A stretch of DNA of 32,000 nucleotides from Candidatus Endonucleibacter sp. (ex Gigantidas childressi). GTDB taxonomy: Bacteria > Pseudomonadota > Gammaproteobacteria > Pseudomonadales > Endozoicomonadaceae. The translations under genes were made by a program, and so were the position numbers. The notes under the pieces were generated by a model. That model saw only the letters and a program-made list of their open reading frames with translations. It made no database searches and was not told the DNA's origin. The number at the start of each line of letters is the position of its first letter. Position 1 is the stretch's first letter. Location: positions 504,076-536,075 of the forward strand of contig JASXSU010000003.1 in assembly GCA_030674875.1 (NCBI GenBank). The letters are read 5' to 3'. Below are positions 20,998 to 30,596 of this stretch, piece by piece.

Positions 20998-22920
20998 CTA
21001 CTGTGATTTGCGAACGCGGATATACCATTCGGAAAGCAATCGCACCTGCTTTTCTGTATAACCGTGTTCAACCATACGAGCGACAAACTCCTTGTGTTTC
21101 TTTTGGTCGTTTTGAGAACCTTTAGGATTAAAGGAAATCACTGGCAGCAGATCTTCAGTATTAGAGAACATTTTCTTCTCAATTACTGATCTCATTTTTT
21201 CATAGCATAGCCAGCTTGGGTTTTTACCATTACAGTTGGCTTTAGCGCGTAGTACAAAATTCACCACTTCGTTTCGGAAGTCTTTTGGATTGGCAATGCC
21301 GGCAGGTTTTTCAATTTTTTCCAACTCGTCATTTAGGGCGGGGCGGTCAAGGATATGACCTGTGTCTGGGTCACGAAATTCCTGATCTTGAATCCAGAAA
21401 TCTGCATATGTGATATAACGATCAAAAATATTTTGACCGTACTCAGAATAAGACTCCAGATATGCGGTTTGGATTTCCTTGCCAAGGAACTCAACATACT
21501 TGGGAGTAAGGAACTCTTTGATAAAGCGCACATATCGCTCTTGTATTTCTTCCTGGTATTGTTGCTGCTCGATCTGCTGCTCTAGCACATACATAAGATG
21601 CACTGGATTAGCTGCCACTTCTGCTGTATCAAAGTTGAAGACTTTTGAAAGTATTTTGAATGCAAACCTAGTTGAAAGACCATCCATACCCTCGTCAACA
21701 CCGGCAAAATCTTTATATTCTTGCAGTGGCTTGGCGTTTGGGTCAGTGTCTTTTAGATTCTCTCCGTCGTATACTTTCATCTTGGAATAGGCGGAAGAGT
21801 TCTCAGGTTCCTTGATGCGAGATAGCACAGAGAATTGAGCCAGCATTTTCAAAGTGTCTGGTGCACATGGTGCGTTGCTTAGAGAGCTATGTTCAAGTAG
21901 TTTTTCATAGATTTTCATTTCTTCACTGACCCGTGTGCAATAAGGCACTTTGACAATATTTACCCGGTCAATAAAAGCTTCATTGGTTTTGTTATTTCTG
22001 AATGTTTGCCATTCTGACTCATTAGAGTGAGCCAAAATTATACCTTCATAGGGAATAGCACCAAGACCTTCTGTGCTGTTGTAGTTCCCTTCTTGAGTGG
22101 CTGTCAATAGTGGGTGCAAAACCTTGACAGGAGCTTTAAACATCTCAACGAACTCCATTAGCCCCTGATTGGCTCGACACAGCGCACCAGAAAAGCTGTA
22201 AGCATCCGGATCATCCTGAGAAAACTCTTCCAGTTGACGAATATCTACCTTTCCTACCAAGCTAGAGATATCTTGATTATTTTCATCACCGGGTTCTGTT
22301 TTTGCTACAGCTACTTGTTTTAAGCGACTTGGGAACAGTTTTACTACACGAAATTTAGTTATATCACCACCAAATTCTTGGAGGCGCTTGACTGCCCATG
22401 GCGACATTATATATCGGAGGTAAGGGGTAGGAATGCCATACTCTTGTTCCAGTATATTTGCGTCTTCGTCAGGGTTAAACAACCCTAAAGGAGATTCGAA
22501 AACAGGTGATCCTTTGATAGCGTAAAAAGGTATTTTTTCGATTAAGTGCTTGAGTTTTTCTGCCAGAGAAGATTTGCCGCCACCAACTGGGCCTAGCAGG
22601 TATAAAATTTGCTTTTTCTCTTCCAGGCCTTGAGCTGCGTGTTTAAAATAAGATACGATTTGCTCAATGGCCTCTTCCATTCCATAAAAATCTTCAAAAG
22701 CCGGGTAGCGCTTAATCAGTTTGTTGGAAAATATACGACTGAGGCGAGAGTCATTTGCGGTATCGATAACCTGAGCTTCACCAATGGCAAGTAGCATGCG
22801 CTCTGCAGCATTGGCATATACACTGGGATCTTTTTTGCAAAGGCTGAGATAATCCTGAAGGCTTATCTCTTCCTGTTGGACTGACTCATATCTTTCTTGA
22901 AACTGCGAAAATACTGACAT
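20998..22920 (-). CDS. yeaG: Serine protein kinase PrkA, YeaG-like
   Basis: 640 aa; LLGPVGGGKSSLAEKLK, GLVEFVEMFKAPVKVLHPLLTATQEGNYN. Confidence 0.96.
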   Translation of the reverse strand: MSVFSQFQERYESVQQEEISLQDYLSLCKKDPSVYANAAERMLLAIGEAQVIDTANDSRLSRIFSNKLIKRYPAFEDFYGMEEAIEQIVSYFKHAAQGLEEKKQILYLLGPVGGGKSSLAEKLKHLIEKIPFYAIKGSPVFESPLGLFNPDEDANILEQEYGIPTPYLRYIMSPWAVKRLQEFGGDITKFRVVKLFPSRLKQVAVAKTEPGDENNQDISSLVGKVDIRQLEEFSQDDPDAYSFSGALCRANQGLMEFVEMFKAPVKVLHPLLTATQEGNYNSTEGLGAIPYEGIILAHSNESEWQTFRNNKTNEAFIDRVNIVKVPYCTRVSEEMKIYEKLLEHSSLSNAPCAPDTLKMLAQFSVLSRIKEPENSSAYSKMKVYDGENLKDTDPNAKPLQEYKDFAGVDEGMDGLSTRFAFKILSKVFNFDTAEVAANPVHLMYVLEQQIEQQQYQEEIQERYVRFIKEFLTPKYVEFLGKEIQTAYLESYSEYGQNIFDRYITYADFWIQDQEFRDPDTGHILDRPALNDELEKIEKPAGIANPKDFRNEVVNFVLRAKANCNGKNPSWLCYEKMRSVIEKKMFSNTEDLLPVISFNPKGSQNDQKKHKEFVARMVEHGYTEKQVRLLSEWYIRVRKSQ

Positions 22921-23358
22921 AACTTGTGCTCCCCGCTTGGATTGTTGCTGTTTAGGGGTGTTGCTTTTTTTTACTATCCAAAGTTATACGTGACAGGCGT
23001 TTTTATGCAGATTTTGCATAAAAAAGTTACAGTCAACAACTTCTCTGTAAGTTTATTAGTTGGCACTCATGGGTACGTTATAAAGTGGTGAGAGGAAAAA
23101 GTCCATAGAAAAAGTTTTATATAGTGATGCTTTTGTGATCTGTAAAGTGGAAATGTGCCTGTGGTTGGCATGGTACAGGAGATCTAGATGAACGACGATA
23201 TATATTTAATTTGTTAACTGCGGCATAAGTTTGATGATTACTTGGTGTACTATACTTTTGTCGTGTATCACGACTTTGCTGTTGATTGATGCCACCCAGT
23301 TTTTTAGGTTTGGCTAAATAATTGTTCTATAAAATTGAAAATATCAAAAGAAGAAGGG

Positions 23359-24201
23359 TTATTTTTTGATTCTTTTTCTGAGTTTAAGCCTGTCGTAGTG
23401 CCAGATCCAGAGCTCTGGGTCTGCTTTGATGACATCTTCTATTCTGTTAATAAGGGCTTGCAGGTTTGCACTAACAGTTTTTTTCTTGTCTGAATGGTCG
23501 GTCATGGTGAATGGCTCAAAATGTAAGTGCCATACTTGTTCTTTTAGGGTGCAGTAGTGGAACAATAGTGGTGCTCCAGTCATTAACGCAAGATTTATGG
23601 CGCTAACAGGAGCCTTTGTTTGCTCCCCAAAAAAGGTAACGGGCGCTTCCCTTGATCGCATATCAATATGCAGAATGAGTGCGTTATTCTTTCGTAATGT
23701 TTTCAGCGCATTTATAGGATTACCTCGTTGAATAAAAGGGATTCCTGCTTTGTGCATGATGTCCTTTGCTAGCCAATTTATCCACGGCTTTTGTTTACCA
23801 GCTCCGATGACTGTTGATACAGGGATTTTTTCTTTGGTTAGAGCAAATGTGCCAAGATCTGGTGGTCCTACGTGTAGAGAAACAATAATAGCACCACGAT
23901 TCAGTTTTAGAGCCTCTGTTACAATGTCTGAGTCGTGTAGTTTGTAGGGGGTCTTGTATAGTTGTGATGGTGATAAAATATACTTAGCACTATTGTAGGC
24001 TGCTTTTTTTGCAATAATGTTTATAGTGCTGTGGTCTGCTTCAGGTAAAGCTAATTTAAGTGTCGCTCTGGCGATATGTCCATGTAATCGGTCAAGGATA
24101 ATTCCTCCTATTTTCGTCAGTAAATCCAACAATGGAGAGGGACAAATTTCCAAAATTTTGAACAGGATAAGTCCGCATTTGTAAGCAAAACGTTGGTTCA
24201 T
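23359..24201 (-). CDS. LpxL/HtrB-like lysophospholipid (Kdo2-lipid A-type) acyltransferase
   Basis: 280 aa; GAIIVSLHVGPPDLG (HxxxxD-like), FFGEQTKAPVSAINLALMTGAPLLF, WIWHYDRLK. Confidence 0.8.
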   Translation of the reverse strand: MNQRFAYKCGLILFKILEICPSPLLDLLTKIGGIILDRLHGHIARATLKLALPEADHSTINIIAKKAAYNSAKYILSPSQLYKTPYKLHDSDIVTEALKLNRGAIIVSLHVGPPDLGTFALTKEKIPVSTVIGAGKQKPWINWLAKDIMHKAGIPFIQRGNPINALKTLRKNNALILHIDMRSREAPVTFFGEQTKAPVSAINLALMTGAPLLFHYCTLKEQVWHLHFEPFTMTDHSDKKKTVSANLQALINRIEDVIKADPELWIWHYDRLKLRKRIKK

Positions 24202-24498
24202 AAAAAAATCAATTCAGTGTAGGAGGCGATTCAGACGAGAAAAATCTTTAAAATCGCCTCTGCAGGGAGATAGATGTAGACAATATTCAGTGTAAATAGA
24301 TTATTTATGGCATGTTTTATGGTGTAGTGTGTCTCTGCTTAATTATGCATATGTTCTGATATAATGCTAATCATACTTGTAGGCGGTTATGTTGTAGGGA
24401 TTATCTGAATGGAATATTTTTATCACCTTGTGTATGTTCTAAGTCTCCTGCCTACATCTATTGATGTCTGAAAGCAGGGCTAGGGAATTAGAGTAGGA

Positions 24499-24620
24499 TA
24501 TACCCGTTATTTGAAGGCATGCGGTTGTTGACTGCTCGTCACTCCAATCATCTATTGCTCATAGGCTCATGGGGGTTCTCTTGCTTATCGCCAATTCATA
24601 CCTTAATGGTAACGAGTATA
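24499..24620 (+). repeat. Dispersed TIR repeat family, full copy
   Basis: tatacccgttatttgaaggcatgcggttgttgactgctcgtcactccaatcatctattgctcataggctcatgggggttctcttgcttatcgccaattcataccttaatggtaacgagtata. Confidence 0.9.
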
Positions 24621-24653
24621 GTATAGCCAAACTTGCTGTTAGCGGGTGTTAAA

Positions 24654-25457
24654 ATGATTTTTGTTCTTTACGCCGCTCTTGGGGTTTTTGTGGGGACTTT
24701 GGCTGGGGTTTTTGGTGTTGGCGGTGGGTTAATTGTTGTTCCAGTACTGATTTTTAGCTTTAAGATGCAAGGAGTGTCACCGGATATTATAACTCATCTG
24801 GCCGTGGGTACTTCATTGGCAACTATTGTTGTAACTGCAATCGGGTCTATCATAACGCATCACAGGAAAGGTACTGTTGTGTGGCCTATTTTTATATATT
24901 TAGTACCAGGTACTTTGTTGGGTGCTACTTTTGGTGTTTTTACTGGGGTTAGCCTTAAAGGTGAGACACTACAGTCTGCTCTTGGTTTATTTTCCATGTT
25001 AGTTTCTATAAAAATGTGGTTTGGCTGGAAATCCGTTGGCTCCGATAAACATATGAGTAAAATAATTATTACCGTTGCAGGTACGGTTATTGGTTGGGTA
25101 TCCAGTCTGTTTGGAATTGGTGGAGGTAGTTTGAATGTTCCTTTTCTTTGTCGAGCTAATGTTGGTATGAAGCATGCTATTGGGACTTCAGCAGCCTGCA
25201 GTCTACCTATTGCTGCTACTGGTTCTTTGGTTAACATTATTATGGGTATGGGGGATTCATCGTTGCCTGAGTGGTCAACAGGTTTTGTCTATTGGCCCGC
25301 ATTTTTAGGTATAATCCTTACCAGTGTTTTTTTTGCCAGCATTGGTGCACACTTGGCCCACCGATTTTCGGCTGATAAGTTACAAAAGTTTTTTTCGGTT
25401 TTTCTTTTTTTGGTTGGTATCCAGTTTTTGTGGCAGAATTTCCCTTCTGAATGGTAG
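24654..25457 (+). CDS. TauE/SafE-family sulfite exporter/permease
   Basis: AALGVFVGTLAGVFGVGGGLIVVPVLIF and second repeat GWVSSLFGIGGGSLNVPFL; ATG at 24654 preferred over the track TTG at 24633. Confidence 0.9.
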   Translation: MIFVLYAALGVFVGTLAGVFGVGGGLIVVPVLIFSFKMQGVSPDIITHLAVGTSLATIVVTAIGSIITHHRKGTVVWPIFIYLVPGTLLGATFGVFTGVSLKGETLQSALGLFSMLVSIKMWFGWKSVGSDKHMSKIIITVAGTVIGWVSSLFGIGGGSLNVPFLCRANVGMKHAIGTSAACSLPIAATGSLVNIIMGMGDSSLPEWSTGFVYWPAFLGIILTSVFFASIGAHLAHRFSADKLQKFFSVFLFLVGIQFLWQNFPSEW

Positions 25458-26363
25458 TTGCCTTCCTTTGATGAATCAGCCAAAGTTAGTTATTTTCTAT
25501 CAATTCTTTGGAGTGGTCTTGTGATTGCTTATCCTAATATTGACCCTATTGCTATCAACTTCGGATTTGTGAAAATTCATTGGTACGGGCTAATGTATGT
25601 GACAGGGTTTGTCTGTGCTTGGTGGCTTGCTAGTATTAGGGCGAAAAGCTCAAATGGGTTGTGGAGGCAGGAACACATCGGTGATCTTATTTTTTATGGA
25701 GCTATAGGCGTTGTCTTGGGTGGTCGCTTTGGTTATGTCTTTTTTTACAATTTTGATTATTTTGTACTGCACCCCTTTTGGTTGTTCCGTATTTGGGAGG
25801 GGGGGATGTCATTTCATGGTGGTTTGTTGGGTGTGATTCTGGCGATGGCTATTTGTAGCCGTAAAATGGATAAATCATTTTTTCAGGCAGCGGATTTTAT
25901 TGCTCCTCTAGTTCCTGTTGGCCTTGGTGCCGGTAGGGTAGGGAACTTTATTGGCGGAGAACTTTGGGGTAGATCAACGGATGTACCTTGGGCTATGATT
26001 TTTCCAGCAGACCCAGATCAGATTGCTCGTCACCCATCTCAACTTTATCAGTTTGCTTTAGAAGGTATAGTCTTTTTTATTGTGTTGTGGTGGTTCTCTT
26101 CACGACCGAGACCTAGGATGGCTGTTTCAGGTATGTTTTTGCTTGTTTATGGGCTGGCTAGAATAGTTGTTGAATTTTTCCGCCAGCCTGATGCCCAGCT
26201 AGGTTATCTTGCCTTCGACTGGCTAACTATGGGGCAGGTTTTATCATTGCCGATGGTGATTTTAGGTGCATGGTTTATCTATTATGGTTACAAATACAAT
26301 CTTATGAGTGGAGGTATTAATGTTGATGATATCGCATGGTTGAAGCGCAACAAGGCAAAATGA
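25458..26363 (+). CDS. lgt: Prolipoprotein diacylglyceryl transferase
   Basis: HWYGLMYVTGFVCAWWLA, GGRFGYVFFYNF, GGMSFHGGLLGV, GRVGNFIGGELWGR; TTG 25458 or more likely GTG 25521 start. Confidence 0.95.
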   Translation: MPSFDESAKVSYFLSILWSGLVIAYPNIDPIAINFGFVKIHWYGLMYVTGFVCAWWLASIRAKSSNGLWRQEHIGDLIFYGAIGVVLGGRFGYVFFYNFDYFVLHPFWLFRIWEGGMSFHGGLLGVILAMAICSRKMDKSFFQAADFIAPLVPVGLGAGRVGNFIGGELWGRSTDVPWAMIFPADPDQIARHPSQLYQFALEGIVFFIVLWWFSSRPRPRMAVSGMFLLVYGLARIVVEFFRQPDAQLGYLAFDWLTMGQVLSLPMVILGAWFIYYGYKYNLMSGGINVDDIAWLKRNKAK

Positions 26364-26372
26364 TTGGTAGGG

Positions 26373-26510
26373 ATATTCTACTCATTTTTCCTTGATAGGT
26401 GTGAATTGTTGACTGCTCTCTCTCACCCCAATCACCTAATGCTCGTAGTATCATGTGGTCTTTTCTCGTTTGTCGCCTACTCCCACCTTCAATTGGTAAC
26501 GGGTGTATAC
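26373..26510 (+). repeat. Dispersed TIR repeat family, full copy between lgt and thyA
   Basis: ccttgataggtgtgaattgttgactgctctctctcaccccaatcacctaatgctcgtagtatcatgtggtcttttctcgtttgtcgcctactcccaccttcaattggtaacgggtgtata. Confidence 0.9.
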
Positions 26511-26551
26511 TGTGAGAATTGAAGTATTATTTGTATCAGGATGACATTGCT

Positions 26552-27385
26552 ATGAAACAATATCTCGACTTATTAAGGCATGTGAAGAAAGATGGGGTTT
26601 TTAAGTCTGACCGTACAGGCACGGGCACTTATAGTCTTTTTGGTTATCAAATGCGGTTTGATTTGTCACAAGGGTTCCCGTTGGTGACAACGAAAAAATG
26701 CCATCTACGTTCAATTATTCATGAGCTTCTCTGGTTTTTGAAAGGTGATACCAATATTGGTTACTTGCAAGAAAATGGTGTGCGGATTTGGGATGAATGG
26801 GCAACCAAGGAGGGCGATCTAGGGCCAGTTTATGGTAAGCAATGGCGCAGTTGGGAAGGCCCTAACAATGAAACCACTGATCAGATTACTTGCCTTTTAG
26901 ATGAAATTAAGGTTAATCCTGATTCACGTCGTCTAGTGGTTAGCGCATGGAATCCAAGTGTGCTTCCAGATGTTGCATTATCTCCTTCAGAAAATGCAGC
27001 CAAGGGAAAGCAGGCATTACCTCCTTGCCACTGTCTTTTCCAGTTCTATGTTTTAGATGAAAGACTCTCGTGTCAGTTATATCAACGTAGTGCGGATGTT
27101 TTTCTTGGTGTCCCTTTTAATATTGCTTCCTATGCGCTGTTCACAATGATGGTTGCTAAGGTTTGTAGTCTTAAACTTGGTGATTTTGTGCATACTTTTG
27201 GTGACGCTCATATTTATTCAAATCATCTTGAGCAAGTTGATGAGCAGTTATCCCGTGAGCCTTATCCTTTGCCGAAGATGAAAATAAACACTGCTATTGA
27301 TAGCTTGTTTGATTTTACCTTTGATGATTTTGAATTGGTAGATTATCAGGCTCACCCGCATATTAAGGCAGCGGTTGCTGTTTGA
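26552..27385 (+). CDS. thyA: Thymidylate synthase
   Basis: [38 protein letters not shown]; [11 protein letters not shown]; [20 protein letters not shown]; ATG 26552 preferred. Confidence 0.97.
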   Translation: MKQYLDLLRHVKKDGVFKSDRTGTGTYSLFGYQMRFDLSQGFPLVTTKKCHLRSIIHELLWFLKGDTNIGYLQENGVRIWDEWATKEGDLGPVYGKQWRSWEGPNNETTDQITCLLDEIKVNPDSRRLVVSAWNPSVLPDVALSPSENAAKGKQALPPCHCLFQFYVLDERLSCQLYQRSADVFLGVPFNIASYALFTMMVAKVCSLKLGDFVHTFGDAHIYSNHLEQVDEQLSREPYPLPKMKINTAIDSLFDFTFDDFELVDYQAHPHIKAAVAV

Positions 27386-27417
27386 CTCTATATGCTGAAA
27401 TTATGGGGAGGGCATGA

Positions 27418-28182
27418 GTGAAGTTGTATGCAAATCAATGGGGGCAAGGGCAGGATGTGATAAGCCTACATGGTTTATTTGGTTCACAGCAGAATCTGGG
27501 AACTTTAAACAGAAGCTTGGCTAAAGAATTTCGAGTGCATGGGCTAGATGTGCGTAATCATGGTCGCTCCCCCCATAGTGATGAGATGAACTACAAACTT
27601 ATGGCGCAAGATGTTATAGAGTATTTTGATGATCGTGAACTGCACACGGTTGATTTGCTGGCTCATTCTATGGGCGGTAAAATCGCAATGACAATTGCGT
27701 TACTAGTGCCTGAGCGCATTCGGAAGCTGGTTGTTATGGATATCGCACCGGTAGAGTACGATCACAAGTGTGACGATGTGTTGGATGGATTATCAGCAAT
27801 TGATTTAGATGCTATCAAAAAACGCTCAGATGCGGACACCATGCTAGCTCCCTTTGTTCAAAACAGTGATATCCGTCTATTTCTGTTAAAAAATCTTTAT
27901 CGTGATAAAAATGGAAGTTACCAATGGCTGTTCAACCTTAAAAGTATTCAAGAAAATTACTATGAAATTGTAAAATCACCGTCCTCTGATCAGGTGTTTG
28001 AGGGAGATACTTTGTTTCTCAAAGGAGAGGATTCTTACTATATTCTTCCTGAGCACGAAGGTGCAGTGTTGTCGTTATTTCCAAATGCAACGGTGGAAGT
28101 TGTGCTTGGAGCCGGTCATTGGTTGCATGCCCAGCAGCCTGAAATGGTTTTTAATTCTATTAATAAATTTCTTAAATCATGA
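27418..28182 (+). CDS. Alpha/beta hydrolase, YbfF-like esterase
   Basis: HGLFGSQQNLG, DVRNHGRSPHSDEMNY, LLAHSMGGKIAMTIAL, GAGHWLHAQQPE. Confidence 0.88.
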   Translation: MKLYANQWGQGQDVISLHGLFGSQQNLGTLNRSLAKEFRVHGLDVRNHGRSPHSDEMNYKLMAQDVIEYFDDRELHTVDLLAHSMGGKIAMTIALLVPERIRKLVVMDIAPVEYDHKCDDVLDGLSAIDLDAIKKRSDADTMLAPFVQNSDIRLFLLKNLYRDKNGSYQWLFNLKSIQENYYEIVKSPSSDQVFEGDTLFLKGEDSYYILPEHEGAVLSLFPNATVEVVLGAGHWLHAQQPEMVFNSINKFLKS

Positions 28183-28328
28183 GTTACGCGGATTCAAATC
28201 ATTCCGGGTGGGGTATGCGCCTATGCTTGGGGGTGGTTTTTACTGTGAACTCTTTAATAGTAACGGGTTGTAACTAGGTCTGATGAGTTTGAACGATGGA
28301 GCTTTTGGTGAGTTGAAAAAACATCATA

Positions 28329-28930
28329 ATGAGCGAAGGTCGCATTAATATCATTGATGCTATACCGATAGAGACAGAGCGATCAGGTTCGGGCCACGAC
28401 AAAAGCGGAAAACCGACAAAATATCCTGAAGCGGGCTACCACGTTAAGAATGACAGTCGTGGTAACAAAAAAACACCTATGGTTTTTCCGTTCATGCCGG
28501 TGTCGATGAAGATGGCTTTATTCATAGGCAAAGCGTAACGTTTGGCAATGTTCATGATTCTCAGGAACGTGATACCCTGCTACTGAGGAATGAAACGGCA
28601 CTGTATGCCGATTCCGCTTACAGCTCTGAGCAGACCCGAGAGAAATTAGCGCAGCTAGGTATTAAAGATCAAGTTCAACGTAAGGGCTACATAGGGAAGC
28701 CTCTATCGAAAGAAGATATAACTCGTCACAAATAAATAGCCGTAACACGGGCGGGTGGTGAGCGTCCTTTTGCCGCCTATAAAAGACACTACGGACTTGT
28801 CAGGACTCGGTTCATGGGCCTTGCCAAAAATGCGACAATTTATGGGCTGGCCGATATTGCTGTGAACATTCGTAAAGGTACTAAGTTTTTGGTGCTCTAT
28901 GGTGTGTCAAAACCATGTTATACAGGATAG
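28329..28930 (+). pseudogene. Decayed IS5-like transposase
   Basis: Track ORF 28329..28538 (MSEGRINIIDAIPIETERSGSGHDKSGKPTKYPEAGYHVKN...) followed in shifted frames by SSEQTREKLAQLGIKDQVQRKGYIGKPLS, GGERPFAAYKRHYGLV..T..MGLAKNATIYGLADIAVNIRKGTKFLVLYG. Confidence 0.85.
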
Positions 28931-29135
28931 GTACGTTAAAAATCAGTCCGAAGCACTAAAATCAGTGTATAAAACAAATGATTTGATGTTCAACGCCTTA
29001 GAAAGCTTCGTAATGGCTGACAAAGCTTGGAAAGTTCAATTACCGAGACCAAAGTCGTTGGTTATACTGAGGTCTCGTTTGTGTGTTTAGTCTGAAAATC
29101 AAGTACCTATTCTTTGTGTTATTTTATGTTAGGTT

Positions 29136-30242
29136 TTACTGTTCAACCAAGCTGATAGCATCAAGTAATATCTGGGCTCCTGCCCCAAGTTTATGTGCGT
29201 GTTCGCTGAGATGACGCCGAAATTTTCTGGCTCCCGGCACGCCTTGATAAAGACCCAGCATATGGCGAGTAATGTGGCTAAGATATATTCCTTTTGCAAG
29301 GGATGATTCAATATATGGCATCATGCGTTCAATAATAACATTTGGCTCAATTGGAAGGCTGCAAGTGCCGTATAGTAGGCTGTCTACTTCTGCTAACATG
29401 CATGGGTTTTGATAAGCAGCCCTGCCTACCATAACACCGTCCAGATTGGTTATATGTTCGCCAGCCTCTTTAAGTGATTTAATCCCCCCGTTTATAATAA
29501 TTTCTAGGTGAGGGAAGTCTTTTTTTAATTGATATACCCAGTCTGGCTTGAGAGGTGGTATGTTTCTATTTTGGTTTGGAGATAGTCCTCCAAGAATGGC
29601 TATACGCGCATGAACAATAAATGTTCTGCAACCGGCCTCTGCCACTTTGCCAACAAAATCAACAAGCTTCCCATAAGAGTCTTGGTTATTAGTGCCGATC
29701 CGGTGCTTTACTGTAACAGGTATATCCACAGCATCCACCATTGCCGCTACCCCGTTAGCTACCGTTTCTGGCTCTTCCATAAGGCAAGCTCCTATCCGTC
29801 CATTCTGGACACGATCGCTCGGACACCCCACGTTCAAATTAACTTCCTGATACCCCCATTCTTGAGCAAGACGTGCGCATCTAGTTAATTCTACTGCATC
29901 ATATCCGCCTAGTTGTAAGGCCAAAGGGTGCTCAAAAGCATCGTGTTGTAATAAGCGTCGTTTATCCCCATGAATAAGAGCGCCTGTAGTTATCATCTCT
30001 GTATAGAGTAAAGCATGTTGAGAAAACTGTCGGTGAAAATATCTGCAATGCCTATCGGTCCAGGTCATCATTGGTGCTACAGAAAATAAACGGGGTAAGG
30101 TTTTATGCCTATTATTAGTGAAGGCGTGAGGTTGCTGGTTGCTCTCACTTACACCTTCAATGGTATCGGGCATAGATGATTTCTGCTTTGTATCGGTAAG
30201 CGTAAAGGCTCTGTGCTGATCAGTGTTAATTATTTGAGCCAT
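29136..30242 (-). CDS. dusA: tRNA-dihydrouridine(20/20a) synthase
   Basis: FSVAPMMTWTDRHCRYFHR, NVGCPSDRVQNGRIGACLM, VKHRIGTNNQDSYG; extra N-terminus of about 48 aa overlaps a repeat copy. Confidence 0.93.
   Translation of the reverse strand: MAQIINTDQHRAFTLTDTKQKSSMPDTIEGVSESNQQPHAFTNNRHKTLPRLFSVAPMMTWTDRHCRYFHRQFSQHALLYTEMITTGALIHGDKRRLLQHDAFEHPLALQLGGYDAVELTRCARLAQEWGYQEVNLNVGCPSDRVQNGRIGACLMEEPETVANGVAAMVDAVDIPVTVKHRIGTNNQDSYGKLVDFVGKVAEAGCRTFIVHARIAILGGLSPNQNRNIPPLKPDWVYQLKKDFPHLEIIINGGIKSLKEAGEHITNLDGVMVGRAAYQNPCMLAEVDSLLYGTCSLPIEPNVIIERMMPYIESSLAKGIYLSHITRHMLGLYQGVPGARKFRRHLSEHAHKLGAGAQILLDAISLVEQ
30113..30176 (-). repeat. Short internally deleted repeat-family copy inside the dusA reading frame
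   Basis: gtgaaggcgtgaggttgctggttgctctcacttacaccttcaatggtatcgggcata; both TIRs present, middle of the core absent. Confidence 0.75.
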
Positions 30243-30260
30243 TGTGTAGCCTTAAATTCC

Positions 30261-30362
30261 TGTAAATTTAAAGTAAAGGTTGTTGGCTCTCTTATCACAA
30301 ACTCTTGCTTCTAAGCTCATGGAGCTTTTTCCTGTTCATACCATCAAAAGCAATTGGTATAA
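30261..30362 (+). repeat. Dispersed repeat family, degenerate copy
   Basis: aaaggttgttggctctcttatcacaaactcttgcttctaagctcatggagctttttcctgttcataccatcaaaagcaattggtata. Confidence 0.55.
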
Positions 30363-30397
30363 TCTATTTTTTGATGCTTAGTTAGGGTGTTTTCTTG

Positions 30398-30527
30398 TAT
30401 ATACCCGTCGCCTTTCAATCTGCTACGTTGTTGGCTGCGCTCGCTCACCCCAATCACCTGCTACTCGTAGGCCCATGGGGCTTAGCTTACTTGCCGCCTA
30501 GTAGCAACTTGAAATCCTTTGGGTATA
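30398..30527 (+). repeat. Dispersed TIR repeat family, full copy
   Basis: tatatacccgtcgcctttcaatctgctacgttgttggctgcgctcgctcaccccaatcacctgctactcgtaggcccatggggcttagcttacttgccgcctagtagcaacttgaaatcctttgggtata. Confidence 0.9.
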
Positions 30528-30542
30528 AGGTGGAGTGGTGCG

Positions 30543-30585
30543 AAGGTACTGAAAAATAAAATACCTTCAATGGTCACGGGTATTA
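30543..30585. repeat. TIR-only fragment near the purH 3' end
   Basis: aaggtactgaaaaataaaataccttcaatggtcacgggtatt. Confidence 0.5.
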
Positions 30586-30596
30586 AGTATGACTCT

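Noticed and set aside
17927-22920. Kinase + VWA-like (YeaH) + SpoVR cluster as a new system
   Set aside because: This is the known and widespread yeaG-yeaH-ycgB stress-response gene set; only the inserted repeat is unusual.
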